A stretch of 63,711 nucleotides of DNA, the filler included, from Reticulomyxa filosa (Eukaryota > Protista > Foraminifera), in NCBI GenBank assembly GCA_000512085.1. It is 18 parts of 18 records of this genome, joined end to end, with 100 filler letters (N's around TTAATTAATTAA, not from the genome) between each part and the next. Parts side by side here need not be neighbours in the genome. Positions count along the whole stretch, not along the records: positions 38,168 to 39,751 come from ASPP01000114.1; positions 39,852 to 42,538 come from ASPP01018622.1; positions 42,639 to 44,359 come from ASPP01044074.1; positions 44,460 to 57,241 come from ASPP01020340.1; 14 more parts are not named here. One strand, written 5' to 3'. The position numbers and the translations under genes are program-made. The notes beneath the pieces are model-generated. The model was not told where the DNA came from. It worked only from the letters and a program-made list of their open reading frames with translations, and made no database searches. The stretch's first letter is position 1. Each line of letters opens with the position of its first letter. Below are positions 38,068 through 51,702 of the stretch, piece after piece.

Positions 38068-39925
38068 NNNNNNNNNNNNNNNNNNNNNNNNNNNNNNNNN
38101 NNNNNNNNNNNTTAATTAATTAANNNNNNNNNNNNNNNNNNNNNNNNNNNNNNNNNNNNNNNNNNNNGTGCCATTTAGGTATGGCAGTTTTTTTTGCAAT
38201 CTACTGTAAAACAACGTGGTGAATACTTTGATTTTTTTATTTATTGCTATTTGCTTGTAAAAAAATATAAGTATTTGCTATCAATGGTGCTTATGCTTGA
38301 AAATATTATTCGAAGCAAAACAAACTTCGTTAAATGGTTGGACAAAACAAAAAATGCCGAGATATGCAAGCAACTCATCTTTATCAGATGATAGTCTGAT
38401 GGGATACAATTATCAAAAAACTGTTTTTTTTCTTTTCTTGCATTGTGCGCATAATCTCTTTTTCTTTGAAAAGTTGCACGTCTTTTTTTGTAAAAAAAGG
38501 GGATCATGAAACTTTTATGCACAAGTTTGAGCATTCTAAGATTATGGATAAGCATTGATTCCCTTGTTGAATCAATTTTTACGTTTTCTACAACCTTATT
38601 TTGTAAAGAACATTTGTTATATGCCCGTATTATGAATGACAAACAACACAGACTTGCTTGTTGAAAATATTTTACATTATTCAAGTGGAATAAAAGGATT
38701 TTTAAAGATTTTGCGTTTTGGGAAAGCCATAACGCAGAAAATGAGCTGAAAGGAAATGGCCTACCTGGATTTATTCTGGGAGCATTGTTGTTATCAAAAT
38801 TATCAAAATTATGCGCTCGTAGTACTCGATTGCTGTCATGAAAAGATCCAAACAATAATCTCTTAAGTGCACAAAGGATTTTCCCCGACGCACTTTTGCT
38901 GTCACTCTTGGTTCACTTCCCTCTTCTTCTCGGCCTTTCATCGCATAAAAGGTTTTTTTTTCAGAAATTCAATGCAATATTGTTTGAAATCCATGATAAT
39001 AAAATGCAGCAAATTTCACTTTCCATGTTTTGTTTTCAACGCAAGGAAACTCTTAAAAAGATATGTTTACCAATGTAAACGTATTATTTAAATTATGTGA
39101 TAAAAGTATCTATTTGCTGGATCTTTAATCTAGTGAACAAATTCGAACATTCAGCAGACATAAAGTTCAAAACTAAACACAAAAACAAAAAAAAACATGG
39201 CTTCAACAAAGTTTTTATCATTATTCGGTTTAAATAAAAAAGAAAAGGAATAGATTTACAAATTTTAAAAAATATTCCAACTTACTTTGAGAATATATTA
39301 AAAATTGGTGTTGAAACACTTTGATGATATAAAAAGTAAAACTGAATAACGTTTATAATTTCTTTTCAATGAGAAGACAAGACTTTTTATTTTCATTCAA
39401 TAAAATAGAAGTTTAGATTTTTTTCAATTTGCTTTGTATCAAAGTCCAAAAATAGACTAGAAATGATAATACCAACCAAGAAAAAATAAACAAATTATCA
39501 AATGCTGTTATTTAAAAAGTAGCATGAGATTATTAATTGAATATGATGAAAATAACAACACTTTTCAATTTCATCAAATTTCTGTTTGTAATGATATTTC
39601 ACCATTATTTAGGTACACACGAAGGAAAGAATTCTTTCTTTTTGTCGTTGCAAATAATTAACAAATCTCCAAAACTATACAAAGAAAATGTGAGTATATT
39701 TGATGAAAAAATGAATAATTTCGATTTTTTAGTATTTTCTAGCGAACAAGGNNNNNNNNNNNNNNNNNNNNNNNNNNNNNNNNNNNNNNNNNNNNTTAAT
39801 TAATTAANNNNNNNNNNNNNNNNNNNNNNNNNNNNNNNNNNNNNNNNNNNNTACATATATATATATATATGTATATATATATATGTATATATATAAATGA
39901 ATGTATGCTCTGCTTTTTGTTGTAG

Positions 39926-40898
39926 AGATTCGATTGGAACAGAAGAAGTGGATTGGGAAAGCATGGCTTATACTATCTTACGTCGCAATATTATGAACCC
40001 TATCCCATCACACGATGTGCCGTTGCAACTGTTGAACGAGAACTTTGTCGAATCTTTGTTTGCCGCAAAAGACGACGCTCTCAGCTTGTTCGACTCGAGT
40101 GTGGTCAATGATCATTCCGTCTTCATGGCCGATCTAGATGAAAAGACGCAAAGTTCTTTTTTCCCAATACTTGCCCATGTTTACCAAAAAAAAATGGAGT
40201 TCCTTCAACTCCGTCTTAAATCAAATGATTCAATACAATATATACATATATATATACACATATACATATTTGTATATATGTACAAAGAGAAGGATGGAGA
40301 CAGAGAAAAGTGGGAGCATTTCAAAAGAGAATTCAAGTCGGACTTGCATCCATTGGCGGTGAAAGGACTCGACTTGGTGATCGAATGTGGTGTGGACATA
40401 AGTGTAGTCTACAGCTATTTAAGCGACTACTTTGCCAGCGAAGGCAAGTGGGTCAAGTGTTTGAAGATATGCTTGCAAGTCGGACACTGGGAGTGGGCGC
40501 ATGAAATTTGTGTCGATCATTTGGCCAGCGAATTCTTGCTGACAGATCGTGCCGATGAACTGCAGTACTATCTGCAGCAATTGTTCGACAACAGATCCTC
40601 GATCCGACTTTGGGACAGCTTTGGTGATGTCTATTTCTCCTACTTGCAGCTTATTCGTAATGTTCACAACTCTCAACTGCGGGCACAAATTCCCTATTTG
40701 AAACAGAAGATTGACACTTTACTTGAATTGCATGCCCTAGAAGATGCTAAAAAGTTATCGCGTTTTTAAACTTGTTTTTTCTTAATCCAAAGTAATTCTC
40801 TTTTGTCTTTGTTTTTGTACAGAGTGTGCCTCACTGAAATGGTACAAAGATTGGAGATTATTAAGCGATTTTCATCTCAGCAACCTAGTCAACCATAA
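39926..40898 (+). CDS. NUP96: Nup96-like nucleoporin C-terminal region (multi-exon)
   Basis: GHWEWAHEICVDHLASEFLL...LQQL...SSIRLWDSFGDVYFSYL matches the Nup96 C-terminal pattern (W..AH......LA...I..W..GG.VY.DY). Confidence 0.65.
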
Positions 40899-42253
40899 GC
40901 TTTTTCTTTTTTTATTTTTGTTTGGTTATCCTTTATGTGTTTCTTTTCTTTTCTGGTCTCGTCTTGTCTTGTCTTGTTTCTTTTCCTTTTCTTTTCTATA
41001 TTTTCACTTGTTGGATTTATTCCCTGCCACATTGCCTCTGCTCTTTTTTTAATCCTTGTGTGATTGGGTTTCTGTGAGTTTATTTAACCAAAAATTTTTC
41101 ACTAACGTTGTTTCTTGCTTATTTCCTATAAAGAGGTTCGAGAAGCAATATGAAAACTATATTCACCAGTTTTGCTGTTGTAAGTCAATTTGAGAAGCAG
41201 AATAGAAAGATAAAAATTAAAAATGTTTGCTTTTTCATTTTTACAAGGAGAAATTAATTCACATCAACTGTACTTGCCATCCAACGCAGTTTTTAAAAAT
41301 GTACCTATTAACTTGTTATTTTCATGTAAGTGTTTTGAATTTGACTTTAATAAAAAACACAGTCAGAAAAAATGTGGGTAGAGTCGAAGCGAATTGTGCT
41401 TTGTAAAAAAATATTAATACTTGAAAAGCTTGCTTCAATTTAAGAAAATGAAGTTATCTTGACTGAGTCTATTATGACTCGGTACGACAGTATTTTGTAC
41501 TATAAATATACAATAAACTTTTAATGCTAGTTTGAAATATGACGCTTTTAATTTTATTTTATTTAAACTTAGTTATTATTAATTACACATCAAAATAGTA
41601 GATTTAGTATAATTATAAATTATCACAGATAGAATCAATAAGCTAGAAAAATTTTAATTTAAATTTATTTACTTATTTACTGCAAGGCGACAATAAATAT
41701 TTTAGTATTAAAGCTTATATTTAGTTACTAATAGAAAAGGTAAAAATTATAATAAAGTACACATTCAAATATCAAGGTAATCTTTGATTGTTGTATCAAA
41801 TAATAGCCGATGTTATCATGACAGAACAGCTATTTTAAGTGAACAAATCCAATAAAAAATTGTTTGAAATACTACATACAGTGGGACATCTCTTTTGTTG
41901 TCGGAAAAATTTAGTTTTTAGCAAACTGCGATCACAACGTTGAGAACTCTTCCAGACTTGACCAAAAAAAAATTTTTTAAAACGTTGATTTTTTTACATA
42001 GAAGATTAATTTTTTTTGAAAATTAATTTGAGCAGCAAACACTAATTTTGTCTTATTTCAAAAGCATTTTCAAAAATTAGTATTCACAAAATTGTACAAT
42101 TATAAAATTGTCCTTTGGATCCAAGATATCAAGTGTATGAAAAGACGGTAAGAAGTAAATTGAAAGTCCGAAAGCGTGTGAGAGGAGATTGTTTCTAAAA
42201 AATTGTGATTTCAATCAATTCGGACATTAGAAATACAGTAGTTCATCAAAAAA

Positions 42254-42505
42254 ATGGCGAGTGGTTTGCCAATGCCGATGGATTCTGACGATGAGAATAA
42301 TGGGAATAAAGGTGACGATAGTCCGTCGGCGCCCGACCAGCCGGTTTCGTTGGACCTCCCTCCATTGGAGATGAAAGAACACGACAGTGACGCAGAAACC
42401 TCTCCCAAAGCGACGAAAGCGGGGAATTTCCGACGTGTATTCACCCCAAAGACGGGTGTTATCGAGAGCAAGTTGCGGACATTTTCAAGTGAAAACCCGG
42501 GAGTT
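42254..42505 (+). CDS. Hypothetical protein, first exon
   Basis: ATG after AAAAAA, GC-richer acidic/Pro-rich ORF, truncated by contig end. Confidence 0.5.
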
Positions 42506-42849
42506 TTGATCTTACTTTTTTTTTTTTTAGAAAAAAAANNNNNNNNNNNNNNNNNNNNNNNNNNNNNNNNNNNNNNNNNNNNTTAATTAATTAANNNNNN
42601 NNNNNNNNNNNNNNNNNNNNNNNNNNNNNNNNNNNNNNGGAAAAATATAAAGAATTATAAAAAAAAATGAAAAATCTTGAAAAATGAAAAAAAAAAGTTT
42701 GCAATTGGAAAAAGTAAAAAAGATTAAGAATAGAATAAATGAAAAAAGTTAAAAAGATAAAAAAAAGATAAAAAGTAAAAGGGAAAAAGAAGGTGAAAAA
42801 TAAAAAGAAGAATGGAGTAAAATAAGAAAAATGAGAAGATGAAAACGAA

Positions 42850-44359
42850 GACTGTTCGTTCTAGCGTCTTAATTTGGTGGAAGGTGAGCGAAATTCAAGA
42901 AACAACTGGTCGCTTATCGAAAGTATCGTATAAGTGTGTTATGAGCAACTTTGGACTTAGATCGTGATTATATCAATAGGATGAATCTTAACAACGAACC
43001 CGCTCAAGAATGAAAAAAATAGTGCTAACTCAATCATCAAACCGCAAATAGAAATATTATATATACGAAATGCTGCTCAAAATGTGTCTTATCAAAAGGT
43101 AGAAAATTTTTCTTAATTACTAAGTCAATATACTATAGTCACCAAGAAAAAAAAAAAGATATTGAGATACGCTCAAAGTAGAAAAGATGTCGCAGCGGCA
43201 GAGAAAATTGGAAATCGTTGGCAATGAGAAAGCATGAGAACGTTCAATGTGCGAGTGTTCAACTTGGAGTAGTTGTGTGCAATTTCGTCAGTACACTGAC
43301 AATCGAGAAAATGAATAGAAAAAAAAAGAGGATGATAATGAAGAAAAGAAAAAAATATCGAAAGGTTATCGATTTGGGTCTGTTTTTTTAAAAAATGTTT
43401 GCAGATTTACTGAGTGTGAGTATGCACTGGATCTTCACGTCCGCGAGTGTAAATTTCGTGTTTCCATGCTTTACTACCTTCGCACAGAACGCCCCGACCA
43501 AGACAATAGATAAGTGTGTGGAAATATCTAGAAGTGATAACAAATATTTGAAAAGAACTTGGCAATCATATGTGCACGCAAGTATATGTGCCACCGCAAA
43601 GAGTAAATCAAGCTTAGATTTACATGTCCTAACAAGCAAATGAAGAGCAGTTGTTATAAAAATGACGCTAACTACTAGTGTCAAAACTGGCCGTTACGTA
43701 CGCAACTTCGCAACATTGGCTTTTTAGTCGTCCGTGTGCTGATGTGGGAAATGGTAAGATCACGAGTGGTATAAGCATTAGTGATGATAAAAAGATAGAA
43801 AGATAGAACTGGATCAGCTTGGCAAAGATCATTGACATTTATTCGACTGCACAATGCATTCTATTCTTGCAGTGATGATCTCGTATGACTGTGAACAACA
43901 GACGGCGTGTTGGATGCGATTCAATACTTTGTATTCGTTGATTATCACATTACTTGGAAGACAACGAAGGACAGGTCCCAAATTGAGTGGATTCGAATCG
44001 AAGTGATTTTAACTTGAGAATCGCAGAGCGAGCTCAAAAATCGTTGAACCTGTCACTCAAGGACGCAAGAACGAATAAGTCAAACAATGAAGAAAAAAAT
44101 AAGAATTGTATTTACTCATGCCATTGAATCGCTCATCATAATATTATCGAATGGATACAAACATCTTTAAGAACGGCCATTATAACTCCAATGTGTCCTC
44201 CTCATAAGGACAGCAAAACTGCAAGAGCATCGTATTTTGAAAATATTCATCACAAGATGGCATTGGAATAGTTGAAAAAAGTTGTCCACAGTTCAATCGT
44301 GGACAATACTTCCGTTAAGTTTGCTTTCGTAGTTGGGCAGCACCAAGATCTAGAAAGAA
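42850..44359 (+). mobile_element. Highly degenerate non-LTR retrotransposon ORF2 remnant (tentative)
   Basis: TAKSKSSLDLHVLTS resembles the APE endonuclease S.IDL motif. RTAIITPMCPPHKD (about 44172-44215) resembles RT domain-1 A.I.PI.K..KD. Many stops. Confidence 0.35.
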
Positions 44360-44459
44360 NNNNNNNNNNNNNNNNNNNNNNNNNNNNNNNNNNNNNNNNN
44401 NNNTTAATTAATTAANNNNNNNNNNNNNNNNNNNNNNNNNNNNNNNNNNNNNNNNNNNN

Positions 44460-44900
44460 TCATAAGATATGTTTTAGGCGTTCAGTTTTCTTTGCAACCT
44501 GCTGTACTAACGACGCTAAACGAGCCTTACAAGAGAAAAATATTTGTATTGGATTTAATTTAGCGTAGTGTGAATACTTTGATAAATTTCGAAGTAGACC
44601 AAGATCACGTTTCCACCAATGCAGAATTGTTTTGGATTGGACCACTTCGCAAAAGATTGTGTGAAGAAAAAGAAATGCAAGTATTGTGGAAGATTCAATC
44701 ATTCATCTGACTATTGTTTCCACAAGAAGAACAAGAAAAGACAAAGATGCATATTGTGCAAGGATAATCACGCGAGTGATTTAATTATTTGTCCTGTTAT
44801 TCAAAAGACAAGACAACAAATTGGAATCAAGTTATCTCGACGTGAACAACAAATTATTCAAAAGAAGGATCAACTGAAACAGACCGAAACAAAGAAAATA
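44460..44900 (+). mobile_element. Non-LTR retrotransposon ORF1 (gag-like) triple zinc-knuckle remnant
   Basis: (C)QNCFGLDHFAKDC-KKKCKYCGRFNHSSDYC-RCILCKDNHASDLIICP is the three-CCHC pattern of I/Jockey/Tad-type ORF1. Confidence 0.75.
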
Positions 44901-45480
44901 TTGATTAATTTGGAAAGAAAAAACAAAACTATTTTGTATAGTATCGATTATTCAGCATTTAATGGTAATCAATTCATTTTTTTGGCCAACTAGTAATGGA
45001 ATTTTTATATATGATATTGAAGCAATAAACAAATCCAATCATTCAATAAACATTCATCTAGTGTAAAATTTTCATAATATCATTATCATAACAATCATTG
45101 CATTGTCATTTGTTCTTCCTCATGAGACCATTCGTTTTGGGGATATCAAAGAAATCAACAATTGCAAGTATTCAATGGACACACTGATTGTGTTTATGAA
45201 ACTGAATTTTCATTATTTAATTGTTATAGATATTTGCGTTGTTGATCAGTAAATAATACTATCCGTTTATGTGATGTTGGAACATCTAAATCATACATGT
45301 TTTCAATAGACATGAAAGCACTGTTTGCTGTGTTGATATTTCGCTATTGCAAAGCAGGATATTGAAACAACAAAACAATTGATTGTATTCAAAGAACATG
45401 AAGCAAATGTAAAGAGTGTAAAATATAGATCAAATGAATTAGTAAATGCAATATTATCTGAACCAGATGATAACATATTA
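44900..45480 (+). pseudogene. WD40-repeat pseudogene
   Basis: YSIDYSAFNGNQFI..., FNGHTDCVYE.EFS; same subfamily as 60567-61310 and 61981-62460, with multiple stops. Confidence 0.8.
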
Positions 45481-46302
45481 TTACAAACTTAACCCAATTG
45501 TACGCAAATAAAACATAATTTATCATTAACATCTTTTCTTGTGAAACATGACAAGTCTTCAAAAATAAAATTTATTACTAATTTTTTTGAATAAAATAGC
45601 AGCAATTTGTGATAAAATAAAAACACTCTGGTTCTTGTCAGAAAATTACAATCTATTCCTAAAAAATAATATTATTCATAAAATTCAACAAATATTGGCA
45701 GTCACTAAAAAAATTTAAAATTTGTTTGTCATAAAACATAATTTAGAAAAGTGAAATGTTTCTTTTCATATCTTACAACAAAGAATGATTAAAATTTTCA
45801 ACATAAATATATCACAATTTTTGGCTTCTCTAAAAAATATTCACTATGAAATTCATGTTACTAACAACTTCTATTGTATATATTGAATTAAATGACATCA
45901 AGATAATTTCACCTCATGTTTAATATTCAAACTACGTGATCTTCACTATGAATTGAATCTGATTATTTGCAAATAGTAAAAATTTAGATTTGTATTGAAA
46001 ATAAACATTGACAATTGTATGCTAACTATGTACCCGACTGTATTATGAAACATATATACTTTTGACTATGAGTTAATCTTGGATCAAGTGTCGAAAATCC
46101 AAAATCTTATGGATAAGTTGATAAATCAGGAAAAACTGTATATATTACATCAATCGATTGAATAACTATATATTTTGGTTAACTTAAAAAACGGAAGGAT
46201 AAAAACAAAGCACCATAGTTTAATTTTTGCCATTATTGTGGTGATAATATAAATAAAAGAATGAATTTGACAATGACAAATACGAGAATTCTACACAAAA
46301 AA

Positions 46303-48790
46303 TTATAGAGTATGTGATGTCAGCTGTGAGATCGATTCGTGTTTCTTTTTTAAGAATGTCATCAAATTTTCCCATTTATTGGATAGTTTTAGGTCTGCTT
46401 CTTGTTGATTGTTTGAATTGGACAATGTCAACAAATGTAGTAACAATTCACCAAGACCTTCCAAATCTAAAGTTGATAGATTTCTGCCATACAATTGATT
46501 TTTCATGAAAGAATCCCAAATGTATTTGCATTTGTCTGCTGTTTCTGTGTTTTTCCACGATGGATTTTGCTCATTTTCAGCTTTGTTTTTATTTAATTGA
46601 TTTGTTTGAATAATTGGCAAATATCCCAATACAGAATAGCAATCAATAAATTGAAGGAATTGTTTCACATTAATTCGCATATTTTTTCCACAAAATTTGG
46701 TAAAAACAGTGTCCAATATAGGAAATCGTTCAAACAATCTGAATTCGTTAACAAAGTGGTATGAGTCATTTGGGCTTGTGTTTGAACTCTGTAAGACAGA
46801 CAAGCTCGGAAGTTCATATCGTTGATAACGAAAGTAGCCAGTAGTAGTGGATTTAGTGCATTGCTTTTGGTCTTGAATAAAAAATGCAAATAACATTCTC
46901 GCCTGTTTATTCTGCGACAAATGTTGGCGAAAATGAGCAGGCATGCCTTCCAAGATATTTGGATTACTCAAAATTTCAGCGACTGTAGTATTGGAATTGT
47001 TGGTTGCAGTGATATTGCTCGACCGTACGCCACCATTTTTTATATCCCGCAAGATATGCCAAACTGTGTCAAAGACTCGTTTTTTCACATGAAAATCCAA
47101 CAAAGAAGTAATTTTGACAGATGGGCAATCATTGACTTCAAGTAGCCATAACCTTTTTATTATTATTATTTTGTTGCAATTGGAATCAATCAATAAAAAA
47201 GAAAAGAAAAAAAAGCGTTGTTGAAGTTGATCAACTTAAAATCTTCATCCAACAAAATATCAAAGCCAATGATATGAAAACATGGACACTTTTGATCAAA
47301 ACTGTCGAAAAAAGTGGAGTATTTGAGTTTTAATGGCAGAATGAAGGTGAGCAAAGTTTTGGTGATGATATTATCAACATGTTTCCAAAACGAGTTGAAA
47401 TTGATTTTCTCTGGCCCATATTTGCAACTTAATTCAGTTAATACATCATCAATGCTGCGTTTGACTTGAATTTTTTTTTCCTTTTCATTTTGGTGTTTGT
47501 GTTCATTATCATTGTCATTGCCATTGTCATTATCATTGTCATTATCATTGTCATGGTTGTTATCAACATTGTGTTGATTGACATGAAAATTGGTAAAATG
47601 CATACAAATATTCTCTCTATTCTGAAGATCGACATGTTGATATTTGGACGTACAAATGCGAACGATGCCTTCTCTCAAGACAAAAAACTCAAAGGGTTCC
47701 AATGATGTGACAATTGCAAAAACGCGAAAATCGAATTTGAAGCCGTTCCAAAGCAGCGGACGGTCATTGTATTCCTGCAGCACGAGCGATTGATCCGACT
47801 TTAGTTTGATGTTTTCGATTCGCTGATATTTGGCACGTCGATAAAGCAGACGTTGTCTGGCAAGTCGTTTGATTTCTTCTTTTTGCTTGGCAGCGTTGCG
47901 TTCATCCAACAGCTGATCAGCGGCCCGTTCAATGTCTTTGTCATTGACGACGAGTTTGATACCAGTGCCTTGTCGTCCGGAGCTGGTTTTCACCAAGTAC
48001 CAAGCAGATTGCGACGGCGACGACGACCCCTTTATCTTGTTATCACTTTGAGTTTGGATTTGCCATAGCAATTGTTTCGCTTCGTGTCTCGTCGAATGAC
48101 TGAAAGGCAATGTGGTCGGATAAAAGTCATATGCCTGCGGGTACAATCGCTTCAGCAGATTGAGACGATGCGCCATTTCGTGCTTTGTACATAAGCGTTG
48201 CATATACGGAAATCTTGACACGTAGATATTCTTATCAATATTTATTCATTGTTTTTAAAAAAAAAAATTAATTCAAATTCAAACTGGTTCAAATTATTCA
48301 AATGCAAAAAAAATAAACAAACTTCTAAGACACCATTGCTCATTTGATACAATGCCAATGACTTCATCACTTCTGCACACGACTTTCGTGTTGATATAAT
48401 CACCGTACACGGCTCCAATGCTCGTTGACTTGTCGCTGCTCTCAACACTGGCCGGCTTCGACGACACATGCCTTGTCGCTCCCAATATCGCGCAATCCCC
48501 TCGCTCTTGCTCGTATCTTCTTTTGGCATTGCAAATAACGCGTGATAAAACAGTCCCACCATGCTCGACAACATCTGTCTTATCGGTGGGTGTGTGTCAA
48601 TTAGGTCCAACTTCCACTTGCTTATGTTCTCTATCTTCCCCTCTGCTGGGTACTGTCTCACCCAGTTCACTGGCGAAGGAAGCATGCGAGGATCATCTTT
48701 ATCGACATCAACATGTTCATCACATATGTCGACAACAATCTTTTCTGGGGAGTTAGCAGCGCCCAAGAATATTGGCTGTTCCATTAACAT
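46303..48790 (-). CDS. Tubulin-tyrosine-ligase-like protein (TTLL glutamylase family), 3 exons
   Basis: YDFYPTT, YLVKTSSGRQGTGIKL, VLQEYNDRPLLWNGFKFDFRVF, EGIVRICT, HFTNFHVN, CFHIIGFDILLD and WLLEVNDCPS are TTL-domain motifs. Confidence 0.93.
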
Positions 48791-49841
48791 AAGAACAGCG
48801 CCAAAAGGGATGGAGGGACAAAACAAAGGGGCGATTGCTCAAAACACACAACGCCGGTTGCAGCCGTGCACATTTTACTAACTGCTCTGTTCTTCACAAA
48901 ATGCCTTTGGCACGTATTCTAAGGGTAAGAGCTCTTAGATATCACATTTTCTATCTTCTTACAGAGAATACTAAAGCATTGATCATTACAATGTCCTGCT
49001 TTACTGATTTGTTTGGCACTGTTCGGCTATAACAAGAACAAATTGATGACTTGTTCAACAGATAAGCGCACTTAAGAACAAAATGCTGTGCTCAAGCGTG
49101 GATGTTCTACTTTATCAGACTGAGCGCTATCGATAGAAAAAGCTTAACTTTTTTGAAAACCCATGTGACGTGTTAACTTGCAGTTTTCTAACACAGCAAC
49201 ACTTTACAAAAGTAACAACATTATTCGTCGACTGATCATTAAAATAGCTAAAAAAAAGAAACGTCGTACAATGTAATTGCAATGTAATTTTGTTTGAAAT
49301 CTTAATCAGTAACCATTGAACTTCGTGTACCCCTGGGACTAGTTTAGCAGCCCTTGCACTAGCTCTATTTCTATTGACACATTTACTCTTGGCATTTAAT
49401 TCAAAAATAGAAACCATAGAAACATTTCTATTTGCTTGATTTTATATTGCAACTTGTACTGTTTCTTAATTATTGTTTTTATTAAGTCGTGCAGTTTTGT
49501 TTTCAATTAATTAGTCTCCAATTCGCGATCTTTTTGGGAGGTATTACTATTTGTATTTCTAAAATTTGGGCATTTCTTGCCTATCTATGCAGCGGTGTAT
49601 TTACGAGATTGGAATAGTAGAAATTAAATAATATTATACTACATAGTATTGTCTTCTTTTAGTGAAACTGTTTACGCTACTGTAAAATTTTTTGAACAAA
49701 TTTGATATGCATACGCATTGAATTTTTTCAAACAAAAGTACGACTGGCTTGGTAACTAGTTGGGAAGGGAGGCCAGTGAACTAGCGGTATATTTTTTTTT
49801 TAAGTGGTGTGCACTATAGCTGTGCGATTGGAAAGAAATTG

Positions 49842-51702
49842 ATGCATTCTTGTCGTTTTTTGCGTCAATGTGGTGTTTTCTCCAGGACTCGCACGTGTTT
49901 GAGATGGAACAATCAAGTGCGTCGTTTTTCACAAGCAGACGAAGAAGTTGGAGCAGTGTACATTTCGGAAGGAGATGTGAACTTGTCAGGACACCGCAGA
50001 CGATGGCAAGAAGAAAATGGTATATTTTCTCACCCACAGACACGCGAATTGCTTGCAAAGGACAGCGAATACTTTGGACACCAGTCATTGTCGTCTCCGT
50101 GTTTGAACGCGATAACGAAGGTGAAGGGTATCTACCTGTATGACACACAAGGTCGTGCCATTATGGACTTTCATGGTAACTCGTGTCACCAAATCGGTTT
50201 CAGCAACGACTATGTTATCCAACAGCTGATCAAGCAATTGCAATCGGATCTCTCTTTCTGTACACGACGGTGAGTCACAGAAAAAGAAAGGGAGAGGAAA
50301 AGAGAGAGAAAAAAAAAAATGAACAAAAAAATAAAGGTACACAAATGAAGTAGCGGTGGAATTAGCTAAGAAGTTGTGCGAAGCAGCGCCGTTCAGTGGA
50401 AAGGCGCGAGTGTTGTTCACGCCATCGGGATCGAGTAGCAACACAATCGCACTAAAAATAGCGCGTCGTGTGACAAACAAGTACAAGGTGATAAGCATGT
50501 GGGACTCATTTCACGGCGCAAATTTGGATATGGCATCGTACTCGGGACAGCCACTGTTTCGCTCGGGTACTGGTCCATTGCTTGCCGGTAAGCCGTCACT
50601 AAGTGTCATGTACAATGACATAAAAGGGGGCTTTTTGGATATTAGAGGGGGGGGGAGGGGATTGATATAATCTATTGTGTTTTTGTGTTACACCATATAC
50701 ATACGTACATTGTACGTGAGAAAATTTATTTTAATTTGTTATGCCATAGGGGCGCTATTTGTGTTGACGCTCGCATAGGTTCCGCGGTTGTGCCCCCATG
50801 TGAGCCATCGACTCATTGTTGGTTCAATTGCCAAAACAAGTGCAACATTAAGTTACTTTTTTTAAATTATATACATAACGTGGGATAAATTGGATAACAA
50901 AAAAATAATATATCGGTTTTCGTTTTTTTTTTTCTCAAAAAAAAAAAGATGTGCGGATTATCTTGGATACGTAATGGAAAAAGAAGGCGACGTCGCCGCG
51001 GTGATTGCCGAACCAATTCGCTGGGGAGGGTACATCCCTCCGAAAGAATATTGGCGACGCATTCGACAGATTTGTGACGAATTCGGCGCATTACTAATCT
51101 TTGACGAAATCCCCTTCAGTCTGGGCCGCACTGGACATGGTCTGTTTGCTTGCAATTTCTATCACGAGAGTAGTAATGATGATGGGATATCTCCCGATGT
51201 ACTGGTCTTAGGAAAAGGCCTCGGCGGTGGCATCCTGCCCTTATCCGCCGTTATCATGCGCAGTGAGTTCAATGACGCCATCAAAGACATTGCCTTGGGT
51301 CATTACACACACGAAAAAAATCCTTTGTTGTGTCGTGCTGGCTTGGCCACGTTGGAGTTCATCCAAACGCATAATCTGGTCGCACATAGCAAAACCTTGG
51401 GGGATTGGACGCTCCGACAGTGCACCACACAGCTGTCCGAAAAATATCGGTCCATTATTTATGACATTCGTGGAATTGGTCTCTTCGTTTGCATTGAACT
51501 GCGGGATCAACACACCGGAGACAAGCTGTCCGACTTGACCGATCGCGTCATGTACGAGTGTCTCACTCGAGGGCTCAGCTTCAAAGTTACAAACGGAAAT
51601 GTCATCGTCTTGTGTCCGCCCCTTATTGTCACGCAGGAACAAATGCAACAAGCCATTGATATCATTGACCAAAGCATTGACAAGTGTTGGCAAAATCATT
51701 AA
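49842..51702 (+). CDS. pbfA: Class-III PLP aminotransferase, PbfA-like ((R)-1-hydroxy-2-aminoethylphosphonate ammonia-lyase), intron-containing, putative mitochondrial presequence
   Basis: SEGDVN, HQSLSSPCL, MDFHGNSCHQIG, RRYTN, RVLFTPSG, KVISMWDSFHGA, LIFDEIP, LGKGLGGG (PLP Lys) and GHYTHEKNP. Intron 50270-50336 restores RRYTN. Confidence 0.8.

Noticed and set aside
38920-38940. CTTCTCGGCCTTT resembling the U2 snRNA 5' end
   Set aside because: The following GGCTAAGATCA/GTGTAGTA branch-pairing sequence is absent.
38170-39100. Possible formin FH2 remnant on - strand (SFLALKTKHGK*NLLHFII)
   Set aside because: A single short motif containing a stop; insufficient support.
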